Positions 17,960 through 28,479 of a DNA stretch of 64,000 nt are shown here, piece by piece. The notes beneath the pieces were generated by a model. The model ran no database searches, was not told where the DNA came from, and saw only the letters and a list, made by a program, of their open reading frames with translations. The position numbers were made by a program, and so were the translations under genes. The DNA lies in assembly GCA_028683435.1 (NCBI GenBank), contig JAQUIG010000008.1, forward strand, positions 6,494-70,493. The letters are read 5' to 3'. Within the stretch, counting starts at the first letter, position 1, and the number at the start of each line of letters is the position of its first letter. This DNA comes from Desulfuromonadaceae bacterium (GTDB taxonomy: Bacteria > Desulfobacterota > Desulfuromonadia > Geobacterales > Pseudopelobacteraceae).

Positions 17960-19469
17960 CGGCATCGTTTATCTGGTGGGGGCCGGCCCCGGCGACCCCG
18001 CCTTGATCACGCTGCGCGGCATGGAATGTTTGAAAAAAGCCGAGGTGGTGGTTTATGACTATCTGGCGAACGAACAGCTGCTGGGCTATGCCGCCGAGGC
18101 CGCCGAGCGCATTTATGCCGGCAGGGTCGGGGGGGGCCACAATCAGGATCAGGATGAGATACATAAACTGCTGGTTGCAAAGGGGGGGGCTGGAAAGGTC
18201 GTCGTGCGTCTGATAGGGGGTGATCCTTTCATGTTTGATCACGGCGGGGAAGAATGCGAGGCGCTGCGTAACGCCAGCATCCCTTTTGTGATCGTTCCCG
18301 GAGTCACCGCGGCTGCCGGGGCCTCTGCATACGCCGGCATACCGCTTACCCATCGGGATATTACCGCTTCGGTAGAGTTCGTTACCGGCCAAAAGAGGAA
18401 TGACAAGCGTGAATCAGACATCGACTGGGAGCGTCTTTCACAAGGTGACGGTACGGTGGTGTTTTATATGGGGGTTACTAATCTGCGGCGCAATATGCAG
18501 TGCATGCTGGAGCATGGCAGGTCACCCGATACGCCGGTAGCCCTGGTGCGTTCGGCTACGACCGGCTGTCAGCAGGTGCTGGTCGGAACGTTGGCTGATA
18601 TTGCCGACCGGGCAGAAGAGTGCGGCCTCAAGCCGCCGGCGGTAACGATTGTCGGCGGGGTGGTTGCATTGCGCGAGAAGCTGCAATGGTTTGACACTCT
18701 CCCGCTCTGTGGGAAAAAGATTATTGTTACCAGAGCCGCAGAGCAGGCCGGTGAGTTTTCCGCCAGGCTTGCGGCGCGGGGCGCCACGGTGCTGGAATGC
18801 CCCACTATCCGCCTGGTGGAGCCGGAGAACTGGCAGTTGCTCGATCTGGCTATTCGTGAATTGCCCGGCTATGACTGGGTGGTGCTGACATCAGTGAATG
18901 CGGTACGATTCTTTTTTCAGCGGCTGGATACGCTGGGATTTGATGCCAGGGCTTTGGGAGGGTGCAGGGTGTGTACCGTCGGGCCAAGGACAGCTGACCG
19001 GATCCGCTCGTACGGCATAAAGCCGGATCTGGTAGCAAGCGACTATAAAGCCGAAGGCGTTGTCGACGAATTTTCTCGTCTGGATATGCAGGGAAGTCGG
19101 GTGCTTTTCCCCCGTGCCGACAAGGCACGAGATGTCATCCCCCGCGAACTGAAGCGGATGGGAGCTCAGGTGGACAGTCCCGTGGCGTATCGCAACGTCC
19201 TTCCGGAACGGCTTCCGCCCGAGACGCTCTTTGCTCTGGAAAAACGTTCGGTGGACTGTATCACATTCACGTCATCATCGACGGTCCAAAATCTTGCCGC
19301 TATGCTGGGAGAAGAGTTGATGCTGGATATGCTGAGGGGGGTGGCTGTCGCGTCAATCGGACCGATCACTTCAAAAAGCTGTCGAGATCTGGGGCTCAAG
19401 GTAGACATTGAACCGGAATCATACACCATTGACGCTCTGGCTGAAGCGCTTGAAAGACATTTTACCTGA
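17952..19469 (+). CDS. cobA: bifunctional uroporphyrinogen-III C-methyltransferase / uroporphyrinogen-III synthase
   Basis: N-terminal SUMT (VYLVGAGPGDPALITLRG...) fused to a HemD-like C-terminal half. GTG start overlaps the hemC end. Confidence 0.85.
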   Translation: MSSGIVYLVGAGPGDPALITLRGMECLKKAEVVVYDYLANEQLLGYAAEAAERIYAGRVGGGHNQDQDEIHKLLVAKGGAGKVVVRLIGGDPFMFDHGGEECEALRNASIPFVIVPGVTAAAGASAYAGIPLTHRDITASVEFVTGQKRNDKRESDIDWERLSQGDGTVVFYMGVTNLRRNMQCMLEHGRSPDTPVALVRSATTGCQQVLVGTLADIADRAEECGLKPPAVTIVGGVVALREKLQWFDTLPLCGKKIIVTRAAEQAGEFSARLAARGATVLECPTIRLVEPENWQLLDLAIRELPGYDWVVLTSVNAVRFFFQRLDTLGFDARALGGCRVCTVGPRTADRIRSYGIKPDLVASDYKAEGVVDEFSRLDMQGSRVLFPRADKARDVIPRELKRMGAQVDSPVAYRNVLPERLPPETLFALEKRSVDCITFTSSSTVQNLAAMLGEELMLDMLRGVAVASIGPITSKSCRDLGLKVDIEPESYTIDALAEALERHFT

Positions 19470-19491
19470 TTAGGCATCCGTGCCTCTGAAA

Positions 19492-19523
19492 CCATAAAGG
19501 CCCCGCGATTGCAGGGCCTTTAT
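19492..19523. terminator. bidirectional terminator between convergent cobA-hemD and ndk
   Basis: cataaaggccc-(10 nt loop)-gggcctttatg. Confidence 0.7.
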
Positions 19524-19549
19524 GCATACTTATGAGCTGTTGCGTGCCG

Positions 19550-19963
19550 TTATACCAGTTCCAGTGCACTGAAGAAATAAGGGATTTCAAAAGCGGCTGT
19601 TTCCGGGGCGTCAGAACCGTGGGATGAGTTTTCCTCGATATTGACAGCAAAATCCTTGCGGATCGTTCCCGGCTCTGCATTGGCTGGATTTGTCGCCCCC
19701 ATCAGGGTGCGCCAGTCGGCGATGGCATTTTCTTTTTCCAGGCAGAGTACGATCACCGGGCTGCGGGACATGAAAGCACACAGGTCATTGAAAAAAGGGC
19801 GTTCATTGTGAACATAGTAAAAGCCTTCAGCCTGCTGCCTCGTCAACTGGATCTTTTTCATGCCGACTATGCTGAAGCCCTTTTCTTCGATGCGGGCCAG
19901 AATTTTGCCAGCCAATTTACGCTCAACGGCGTCCGGCTTGATGATTGCGAAAGTACGTTCCAT
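19550..19963 (-). CDS. ndk: nucleoside-diphosphate kinase
   Basis: [13 protein letters not shown] ... NSSHGSD (active-site His). Confidence 0.95.
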   Translation of the reverse strand: MERTFAIIKPDAVERKLAGKILARIEEKGFSIVGMKKIQLTRQQAEGFYYVHNERPFFNDLCAFMSRSPVIVLCLEKENAIADWRTLMGATNPANAEPGTIRKDFAVNIEENSSHGSDAPETAAFEIPYFFSALELV

Positions 19964-20071
19964 GATGTTTCCTCCGATAGATATCTGAAAATGTGAACAC
20001 TTCTGATATCACCCCGCACGTCTGTTTGTCAAGTTTTTAGGGCTTTTCTGCGGGGGATTGTCTTTTTCTGC

Positions 20072-20100
20072 TTGCAATATGAAAATGGAGATGATAAGAA
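20072..20100 (+). promoter_or_regulatory. sigma-70 promoter candidate for tRNA-Leu
   Basis: TTGCAA-N17-TAAGAA ending 12 nt before the tRNA 5' end. Confidence 0.35.
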
Positions 20101-20112
20101 GTCAGTTCACTT

Positions 20113-20199
20113 GCCCGGGTGGTGGAATTGGTAGACACGCAAGATTCAGGTTCTTGTGCTCGCAAGGGTGTGCTAGTTCGAGTCTAGTCCCGGGCACCA
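20113..20199 (+). tRNA. tRNA-Leu (anticodon CAG), long variable arm, CCA encoded
   Basis: Acceptor gcccggg/cccgggc, D-arm GGAATTGGTAGAC, anticodon loop tTCAGGt, long variable arm, T-arm GGTTCGAGTC-like. Confidence 0.9.
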
Positions 20200-20210
20200 A
20201 CAGTAAGAAT

Positions 20211-20245
20211 AAGGCTTTACGGATTTTCCGTAAGGCCTTTTTTCT
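20211..20245 (+). terminator. rho-independent terminator after tRNA-Leu
   Basis: aaggctttacgga-ttt-tccgtaaggcctt followed by a T-run. Confidence 0.75.
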
Positions 20246-20703
20246 TGTCTTTTTCTCCCCTAGAAACGGATTTAGTGCAGCAATTTATAACAAACCGCAA
20301 TTATCGCCCTTGTTATTTTTCAATATCGGCTAAAATCAGTCACTATTTTGATTGTAGATTAACGGCTATGAGTGTTGCCGGATCGGCTGCTTTTTCGCCG
20401 CGACCGAGTCCAGATACCGGTATAAGAACACCATACATGAGGATGTTGGCCTGGTGGACAGTCAATACAGCAGTTGGTTGGACCGAAAATGCCACAATTA
20501 ATACACTCTGCAAATGTTACAGAGTTAATCTGTGGAGGGTGCTACTAGTCGCAATAATTAAGGTCAAAGGAATCTCCACACAAACCCAATTCCCTCAATT
20601 CAGAGTATTTCCAATAGATTGTGCGGCTGTAATCTGCTATGAATACACACTAAATGCTGTATCCACAGCCAACTCAAAAAGTTTACATATAGATTGGAAT
20701 CCC

Positions 20704-20811
20704 ATGTTTGAACAAGCATTTAAAAATATTGATGATGCACTCCGGAAAGAAGCTGGTTGTGCCAGTGAATTGGATTACGCAGAGCAGACATCCGTATCCG
20801 GCAACGCGTGA
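20704..20811 (+). pseudogene. hsdM: N-terminal stub (about 30 homologous codons) of a type I R-M methylase gene
   Basis: MFEQAFKNIDDALRKEAGCASELDYAEQTS is the conserved HsdM N-terminus. Homology stops there and a stop codon follows 5 codons later. Confidence 0.65.
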
Positions 20812-21679
20812 AGCGGTGCTGGAGCGTTTTGCCGGAGAGCGTCTGATCGAGATGACAGGTGAAGGTTGGATCATTTCCAACCTTGGCGCGCTTCTCTTTG
20901 CAAAAAAGTTGGAACAGTTTGACAAACTTGCGCGGAAGGCACCGCGTGTCATCGCCTATGAAGGCACTAACAAGCTGAAGACCAAGACTGACAAGCCTGG
21001 TACCAAGGGATATGCTGTCGGTTTCCAGGGGCTGGTGGAATATATCAACGGTCTGGTCCCCTCAAACGAGATCATCGAGCAGGCATTGCGCCGCGAGGTG
21101 AAAATGTTTCCAGAGATTGCCATCCGCGAGCTGGTCGCTAATGCTCTGATTCACCAGGATCTGACGGAAAGCGGGGCATCCGTAATGGTCGAGCTGTATG
21201 ACGACCGGGTGGAAATTTCTAATCCTGGCAAACCGTTTATCTCGCCGGATCGCTTTATTGACGAGTACCGTTCGCGCAATGAAAGACTGGCCGACCTTAT
21301 GCGGCGGCTTGGTGTATGTGAAGAAAAGGGAAGTGGCGTGGACAAGGTTATTCAGGCGGCGGAAGTCTATCAGCTGCCTGCCCCGGATTTCCGCGTGGGA
21401 GAGGTACGCACATCAGCCATACTGTATGCCCATAAGGATTTTGAGCAGATGGACAAGCCGGATCGTATCCGCGCTACCTATCAGCATTGTTGTCTGCGCT
21501 ATGTGATGAATGAAAAGATGACTAACCAGAGCTTGCGGGAGCGATTCAAACTGTCGGAGAAAAAAGCAGAGTCGGTATCGCGAGCCATTCGTGATTCGAT
21601 TGAGGCAGGCAAGATCAAATTGTCTGACCCTGATGCAACTTCCTTACGATACCGGAGTTATATTCCTTTTTGGGCCTGA
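20708..21679 (+). CDS. COG2865-type ATP-binding protein (HATPase_c_4 plus C-terminal wHTH), apparently N-terminally truncated
   Basis: AIRELVANALIHQDL...VEISNPG...SRNERLADLMRRLGVCEEKGSGVDKV...QLPAPDF. The N-terminal AlbA_2/divergent-AAA part usual in this family is absent. A later start (e.g. 20852) is possible. Confidence 0.65.
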   Translation: MNKHLKILMMHSGKKLVVPVNWITQSRHPYPATREAVLERFAGERLIEMTGEGWIISNLGALLFAKKLEQFDKLARKAPRVIAYEGTNKLKTKTDKPGTKGYAVGFQGLVEYINGLVPSNEIIEQALRREVKMFPEIAIRELVANALIHQDLTESGASVMVELYDDRVEISNPGKPFISPDRFIDEYRSRNERLADLMRRLGVCEEKGSGVDKVIQAAEVYQLPAPDFRVGEVRTSAILYAHKDFEQMDKPDRIRATYQHCCLRYVMNEKMTNQSLRERFKLSEKKAESVSRAIRDSIEAGKIKLSDPDATSLRYRSYIPFWA

Positions 21680-21811
21680 CTTTTGTTTTGACGCAAACCT
21701 GAAGAAAGATCGGGTAAAATCATAAATAGCTGTATTTATTTGTGATTCTTATTTAGTCGCAAACCGCCGCACCCCTATTAGCAAATCCGTACTGCAAACC
21801 GTGAGGCATTA

Positions 21812-24196
21812 ATGAACGAAGCCGAAACCCGAGCCGAACATATCGACCCTGCCTTGAAAGCTGCTGGCTGGGGTGATGTTGAAGGGAGCCGTATCCGCCG
21901 TGAATATCCAATTACCCTTGGTCGCATCGAAGGGCACGGCAAGCGCGGCAAGGCTCTGACTGCTGACTACGTGCTGGAGTATCACAACACCAAGCTGGCG
22001 GTGGTCGAGGCGAAGGCGTGGGACAAGCCGCTGACCGAGGGAGTAGGACAGGCCAAAGAATATGCAGGCAAGCTCGCAGTGCGCTTTACATACGCCACCA
22101 ACGGGCAAGGGATCTATGGCATCGACATGGAAAACGGCAGCGAGGGGGAGCTTGTTCACTACCCGACGCCGGATGAATTGTGGAAGCGAACTTTTGCCAC
22201 CCAGAACGTCTGGCGTGACCGCTTCGCCGCTGTACCGTTTGAAGATCGGGGTGGTTACTTCCAGGGGCGGTATTATCAGGACATCGCCATTGAGCGGGTA
22301 CTGGCAGCACTCTCCAGCGGCCAAGATCGTATTCTGTTGACGCTGGCAACAGGTACAGGCAAAACCTTCATCGCCTTCCAGATAGCATGGAAGTTGTTTC
22401 ACAGCCGCTGGAACCTGACCGACTGGCAGAAGGAGAGTGAACCGAACCGCAGACCACGTATCCTTTTCCTTGCGGACCGTAATATTCTGGCAGACCAGGC
22501 ATACAATTCCTTCTCAGCTTTTGATAACTCAAATCCAGGTTCTCTGGTACGGATTGCACCTGACGAGATCAAGAAGAAGGGTAAAGTCCCCAAGAACGGC
22601 AGCATCTTCTTCACCATCTTCCAAACCTTCATGAGCGGGTATGGGGACACCCCGTATTTTGGCGAATATCCACCTGACTTCTTTGACTTCATCGTTATTG
22701 ATGAATGTCATCGTGGGGGCGCCAACGACGAAAGTAACTGGCGCAGTATCCTGGACTATTTCTCCCCCGCCGTGCAACTCGGCCTGACCGCCACCCCCAA
22801 GCGCAAGGATAATGTGGACACCTACGCCTATTTCGGCGAGCCGGTGTATATCTACTCGCTCAAGGATGGTATCAACGACGGTTTCCTCACGCCGTTTCGG
22901 GTGAAGCAGATTTCCACCACGCTGGATGAATATATCTATGTTCCTGATGATCAGGTTGTAGAAGGTGAAATAGAAGCGGGCAAGGTCTATGAGGAATCCG
23001 ACTTCAACAGGATCATCGAGATCAAGGAGCGGGAGAGGAAGCGGGTTGAAATCTTCATGTCACTGATCGACCAGCGGGAGAAGACCTTGGTGTTCTGTGC
23101 GAATCAGGCTCACGCCTTGGTAATACGGGATTTAATCAACCAGATAAAGAACGGCACCGACCCGAACTACTGTCACCGCGTCACGGCTGATGACGGCGGC
23201 ATAGGCGAACAGCACCTGCGCGACTTCCAAGACAATGAGAAGAGTATCCCTACGATCCTTACTACATCACAGAAACTCTCCACTGGAGTCGATGCTCGTA
23301 ACATCCGCAACATCGTGCTTTTGCGGCCGATCAACAAGATGATCGAGTTCAAGCAGATCATTGGACGTGGTACGCGGTTGTACGACGGCAAGGATTATTT
23401 CACCATCTATGACTTTGTGAAAGCGTATCACCATTTCAGTGATCCTGAATGGGACGGTGAGCCAGTAGAGCCTGATGCCTGTATCAAGTGCGGCTGTTAT
23501 CCGTGTGAGTGTGTGAAGCCTGATCCGCAGCCTTGTAAGGTCTGTGGAGAGATGCCCTGCGTCTGTGATAAGCCGGGTCCGGAGCCATGCGAGAAATGTG
23601 GCCAGCGTCCCTGCATCTGCAAGAAGAAGGCAAAGATCAAGCTGGCTGACGGTAAAGAGAGAAACATCCAACACATGACAGTCACCAGTTTCTGGCATGA
23701 TGGCAAACCTATGTCGGCGCAGCAGTTCATGGAGATGCTGTTCGGCAACCTGCCGGAGTTCTTCAAGAATGAGGAAGAACTCCGTACGCTATGGGGCCGA
23801 CCGGATACGCGCATGAAACTGCTGGACGGACTTGCTGAAAAAGGATTTGGCCATGACCAGTTAACAGAGATGCAGAAGATCATCGACGCGGAGAAGAGTG
23901 ATCTGTTTGATGTGCTGGCTTATGTAGCGTATGCCCTGCCGACGCTGACTAGAGAAGAGCGGGCGGCAAAGGCCAGAGTTATTATCACACAGCATTTCAC
24001 CAGCAACCTGCAGGTGTTCCTCGGGTTCGTACTGTCACATTACGAGGTTATAGGTGTGGAAGAACTGGATCAGGCAAAAGTGACACCACTTCTGAAGCTG
24101 AAGTATAATGACTCTCTCTATGATGCGGAGGCAGATTTAGGGAAAATGTCAGAGATTGGACAGGCGTTTGCTGGGTTTCAGAAGTATCTGTATTAG
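21812..24196 (+). CDS. hsdR: type I restriction enzyme R subunit (EcoEI/EcoAI-like, with EcoEI_R_C-type C-terminal domain)
   Basis: MNEAETRAEHIDPALKAAGW N-terminus, helicase motifs (LATGTGKT, DECHRG, TATP, QIIGRGTR) and a C-terminal EcoEI_R_C-like region. Confidence 0.85.
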   Translation: MNEAETRAEHIDPALKAAGWGDVEGSRIRREYPITLGRIEGHGKRGKALTADYVLEYHNTKLAVVEAKAWDKPLTEGVGQAKEYAGKLAVRFTYATNGQGIYGIDMENGSEGELVHYPTPDELWKRTFATQNVWRDRFAAVPFEDRGGYFQGRYYQDIAIERVLAALSSGQDRILLTLATGTGKTFIAFQIAWKLFHSRWNLTDWQKESEPNRRPRILFLADRNILADQAYNSFSAFDNSNPGSLVRIAPDEIKKKGKVPKNGSIFFTIFQTFMSGYGDTPYFGEYPPDFFDFIVIDECHRGGANDESNWRSILDYFSPAVQLGLTATPKRKDNVDTYAYFGEPVYIYSLKDGINDGFLTPFRVKQISTTLDEYIYVPDDQVVEGEIEAGKVYEESDFNRIIEIKERERKRVEIFMSLIDQREKTLVFCANQAHALVIRDLINQIKNGTDPNYCHRVTADDGGIGEQHLRDFQDNEKSIPTILTTSQKLSTGVDARNIRNIVLLRPINKMIEFKQIIGRGTRLYDGKDYFTIYDFVKAYHHFSDPEWDGEPVEPDACIKCGCYPCECVKPDPQPCKVCGEMPCVCDKPGPEPCEKCGQRPCICKKKAKIKLADGKERNIQHMTVTSFWHDGKPMSAQQFMEMLFGNLPEFFKNEEELRTLWGRPDTRMKLLDGLAEKGFGHDQLTEMQKIIDAEKSDLFDVLAYVAYALPTLTREERAAKARVIITQHFTSNLQVFLGFVLSHYEVIGVEELDQAKVTPLLKLKYNDSLYDAEADLGKMSEIGQAFAGFQKYLY

Positions 24197-24224
24197 GGGC
24201 AGGCTACGTTGTAATTGACGTGCA

Positions 24225-25295
24225 TCACTGCGCTACCGCCACAGACTTTATCTGTGCCCAGACCGGCAGTCCCGGGTAGAGATCCAGCGCTGCCACCGAG
24301 CGTTTCGTTATGCGGGCAAGCAGCACCGACTCGCCGATCTTGACCCGTACAAGGGAGTGCGCCGGGTGGTCGTCATCGCCAATCTCTTCCACCACGCCGG
24401 ACAGTGTATTGAGGATACTACTGTCCTGTTGCGGCACGCGGCTCAGACTTATCCCTCCCGAGGGGATACGCACCCGGACAGCGTGCCCAAGCGGGGCGCC
24501 ACGATCCCGCATCCAGAGGGAGCCTCCGGGAAACTCCACCCGCTCCAGATGCCACCCTTCATCCCGTTCCGCAACGACCCCTTCCAGCACCACACCCCGC
24601 TCTTCACCAAGACGGATCGGGAGGTCAATGCGAGCCAGTGTTTCGGCCAGTGGACCCTGGGCGATAACAGTGCCGCCTTCCAGAGCCACCAGATAATTTG
24701 CCAGACGACCGACCTCATCGGGGGAGTGGGTCACATAGAGTATCGGAATTTCCAGTTCATCACGCAGCCGTTCCAGATAGGGAAGAATCTCCTGCTTGCG
24801 CGCCAGATCAAGGGCGGCGAGCGGCTCATCCATGAGCAGAATACGGGGAGACACAGCCAGCGCCCGGGCAATGCCGACCCGCTGCCGCTCACCACCGGAG
24901 AGACGCTCCGGCTTCCGCTCCAGCAGAGCACCAATCCCGAGGAGTTCAATAGCATGATCCAGGCTAACCCTCTGCTCCACTCCGGATCTCGTAAGTCCGT
25001 AGCGCAGGTTCCCAATCACGGATAAGTGCGGGAACAGACTCGCCTCCTGAAACACGTACCCCAAGGGGCGTTTATGGGTCGGCAGAAAGGTTCGTTCGTC
25101 CTGCCATACCTCCCCGTTGAACGACAAAAACCCACCCTCTGCCCGCTCCAGTCCGGCGATACAGCGGAGCAGCGTGGTCTTGCCGGAGCCGGACTGGCCG
25201 AAGATCGCGGTCACACCAAGGCCGGGGAGATTCAGATCCAGATCAAGGGTGAATCCGGGCCAATTAACATGAAAGCGTGCCGTAATCCGGTCCAT
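24225..25295 (-). CDS. modC: molybdate ABC transporter ATP-binding protein with C-terminal TOBE/Mop domain
   Basis: GQSGSGKTT, LSGGERQR, LLMDEPLAALD, plus a C-terminal TOBE-like region. Confidence 0.85.
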   Translation of the reverse strand: MDRITARFHVNWPGFTLDLDLNLPGLGVTAIFGQSGSGKTTLLRCIAGLERAEGGFLSFNGEVWQDERTFLPTHKRPLGYVFQEASLFPHLSVIGNLRYGLTRSGVEQRVSLDHAIELLGIGALLERKPERLSGGERQRVGIARALAVSPRILLMDEPLAALDLARKQEILPYLERLRDELEIPILYVTHSPDEVGRLANYLVALEGGTVIAQGPLAETLARIDLPIRLGEERGVVLEGVVAERDEGWHLERVEFPGGSLWMRDRGAPLGHAVRVRIPSGGISLSRVPQQDSSILNTLSGVVEEIGDDDHPAHSLVRVKIGESVLLARITKRSVAALDLYPGLPVWAQIKSVAVAQ

Positions 25296-25298
25296 GAC

Positions 25299-25976
25299 TT
25301 ATCCTTTCCGGGTGTTGGGGCGCCAGGCGTAGAGTGTCAGCAGCACCAGAAACGAGAAGACCAGCATGACAGCGGCCAGACGGTGCGCCTGTGAGTATTC
25401 CATCGCCTCCACATGATCGTAGATCTGCACCGAGACGACGCGGGTGATGCCGGGGATGTTGCCGCCGATCATCAGCACCACGCCAAACTCGCCGACGGTA
25501 TGGGCAAAAGTCAGAATGGAGGCGGTCAGGTAACCGGGGAGGGCCATCGGAAGGGCAACGGTGAAAAACGTATCGAGCGGCGAGGCCCGCAGGGTTGCCG
25601 CAACTTCCAGCGGGCGGTCGCCGATCGCTTCAAAGGCGTTCTGCAGCGGCTGCACCATGAACGGCAGCGAGTAAAAGACCGACGCCAGCACCAGCCCCCA
25701 GAAAGTGAACGGCAATGCGCCGATCCCCAGAGCGCTGGTCAGGTGCCCGACCGGGCCATGTGGTCCCATGGCCAGCAGCAGGTAGAAACCGAGTACTGAC
25801 GGCGGCAATACCAGCGGCAGCGCCACGATCGCGCCGATCGGTCCTTTCCAACGGGAGCGGCTTCGGGCCAGCCACCAGGCTATCGGCGTGCCGACTACCA
25901 GCAGGATTGCCGTGACAATGGCTGCAAGTTTCACGGTTAAAAATATGGCTTGGAGGTCGCTGGAGTCTAGAAACAT
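25299..25976 (-). CDS. modB: molybdate ABC transporter permease
   Basis: 225-aa CysT/ModB-type permease with an EAA-loop region ([18 protein letters not shown]). Confidence 0.85.
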   Translation of the reverse strand: MFLDSSDLQAIFLTVKLAAIVTAILLVVGTPIAWWLARSRSRWKGPIGAIVALPLVLPPSVLGFYLLLAMGPHGPVGHLTSALGIGALPFTFWGLVLASVFYSLPFMVQPLQNAFEAIGDRPLEVAATLRASPLDTFFTVALPMALPGYLTASILTFAHTVGEFGVVLMIGGNIPGITRVVSVQIYDHVEAMEYSQAHRLAAVMLVFSFLVLLTLYAWRPNTRKG

Positions 25977-25987
25977 TTCAGTACCAG

Positions 25988-26761
<774 letters not shown>

Positions 26762-27538
26762 TTAGAGTTCATAGCCGTAGGCACGGATGACCTTGCGTGC
26801 CTCAGGCCCTTTCAGGAAGGTTAAAAAAGCCGTGGCCGCCGGGTTGTCTTTGCCACGCGTCAAAAGCACGGCATCCTGTTTGATCATGGGTGACAGCAGC
26901 GCTGGTACAAGCCAGTGGGAGCCGGCTGCATAGCTGCCGTCCTTGTAAATCTGCGACAGGGCCACAAAGCCAAGCTCTGCGTTGCCGGTGGCTGTAAACT
27001 GATAGGTCTGAAGGATGTTCTCTCCAATGACAAATTTGGCCTGTAGCTGTTCTGCCACCCCCAGCTTTTTCAGGACTTCCATTGCAGCTGCTCCATAGAC
27101 CCCCAACTTTGGATTGGTAATGGCCAGATGTTTGAAATTACCCCGCTTCAATACCTCTCCCTTGTCATCTACAAATCCGGGTCTTGCGCTCCAGAGCACA
27201 AGTTTGCCAAAGGAATAGGTAAAGCGGCTTTCAGGAATAGCCAGACCATCCTTCTCCAAAAGAATCGGGGTTGCATCATCGGCGGAGAGCAGCAGTTCAA
27301 ACGGCGCTCCGTTTTTGATCTGGGCGTAGAACTTTCCGACGGTGCCGTAGGCGATGATCAGCTTGTGTCCCGTCGACTTCTCGAACAACGGAGCAATCTT
27401 CTCCATGGGAACGGAAAAGTGACCGGCAACGGCGACATGTACCTCGGCAGCCAGCGCAGGGAGGGGTAGCAAGAGGAGCAAAGCTGAAAACAGTATGCAT
27501 TTCACGATTGCCTTCATAGTTGATTTTCCTTTCATCAC
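26762..27538 (-). CDS. modA: molybdate-binding periplasmic protein (copy 2, tandem paralogue)
   Basis: Collinear with copy 1 over the whole length (roughly half the residues identical by eye). An RBS-supported alternative start lies at 27517. Confidence 0.8.
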   Translation of the reverse strand: MMKGKSTMKAIVKCILFSALLLLLPLPALAAEVHVAVAGHFSVPMEKIAPLFEKSTGHKLIIAYGTVGKFYAQIKNGAPFELLLSADDATPILLEKDGLAIPESRFTYSFGKLVLWSARPGFVDDKGEVLKRGNFKHLAITNPKLGVYGAAAMEVLKKLGVAEQLQAKFVIGENILQTYQFTATGNAELGFVALSQIYKDGSYAAGSHWLVPALLSPMIKQDAVLLTRGKDNPAATAFLTFLKGPEARKVIRAYGYEL

Positions 27539-28390
27539 TTATATCTCAGGGACAATCGCCGCCTTGATATCGGACGGTTTGCCGAAATAGACCGACGACA
27601 GGACAATGATGTCGATGCCGGTAGCGGCGTACTCGGCTGCATTGGCTTCGTTGATGCCGCCGGCAGCTGAAATCTGGATGTTCGGGTTGGCCGATCGAAT
27701 CTTAACAACTATGTCTGCCAGTTCGGCAGGTGCAATTTTATCGAGCTGCACGATATCTGCGCCGCAGCGCGCGATCTGAAGTGCTTCCTCACAGGTGTCG
27801 GCTTCGATGATGATCTTTGTCTCGCGTGCCCTCATTTTCAGATCCGAAACGGAACCAAGGAAAGCATCCAGATCTCCGAAGAACGCGGTGTGCTGTTTGA
27901 ACACCAGAATAGTCTCCGATAGTCCCATTCGGTGTGGCAGCGCACCTCCGGCGGTAATCGCTTTAATCACAATTTTTTTGGTTCCGGGAAAGGATTTACG
28001 GGTAGTTACGACTGACAGTGCGGGATTAACGGCCCTGCTTTTTTCGACGATGCGTTGCGTCCTCGAAGCGATACCAGATGCGTACTCCAACAGGTTCAAT
28101 GCTACCTTCCACCCCGCGTGCAACGCCTGAGCCTGGCCTTTAGCGACAAGGAACTCGATACCGGCTGACAGTTTTGTGCCACTGGGCATGCAGGAGGTGA
28201 GTGTTGCCCCACACTTCTGGAGAACCCTGGAAGCTTCTTCTGTACAGCAGAGGGTCGTGTCCTCGCGGGTGGTGAAGACGATTCGCCCCGGGCGGTTTTC
28301 AATGCCAAGCAGATGAGTCGTCAGATCACCGTATGGAATGTCTTCTTCAATGAAACGCTCGATATCGCTGTCTGGAATAGTAATGATCAT
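27539..28390 (-). CDS. modD: ModD protein (quinolinate phosphoribosyltransferase-like)
   Basis: 283 aa with a QPRT-fold ModD-like sequence (EEDIPYGDLTT...; RKSFPGTKK...). Sits in a mod operon. Confidence 0.75.
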   Translation of the reverse strand: MIITIPDSDIERFIEEDIPYGDLTTHLLGIENRPGRIVFTTREDTTLCCTEEASRVLQKCGATLTSCMPSGTKLSAGIEFLVAKGQAQALHAGWKVALNLLEYASGIASRTQRIVEKSRAVNPALSVVTTRKSFPGTKKIVIKAITAGGALPHRMGLSETILVFKQHTAFFGDLDAFLGSVSDLKMRARETKIIIEADTCEEALQIARCGADIVQLDKIAPAELADIVVKIRSANPNIQISAAGGINEANAAEYAATGIDIIVLSSVYFGKPSDIKAAIVPEI

Positions 28391-28479
28391 TATGTCCCTC
28401 GCTTTTCTTGTTATGGATTATAGGTACTACAACAGAAAACAACAAAGAGGGATAATGCCGTTGATATCCCTTGGTTCGA

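Noticed and set aside
20245-20811. 188-aa ORF spanning the AT-rich spacer after tRNA-Leu.
   Set aside because: Only its last ~35 codons (the hsdM stub) show homology. The rest is AT-rich with no recognisable protein features.
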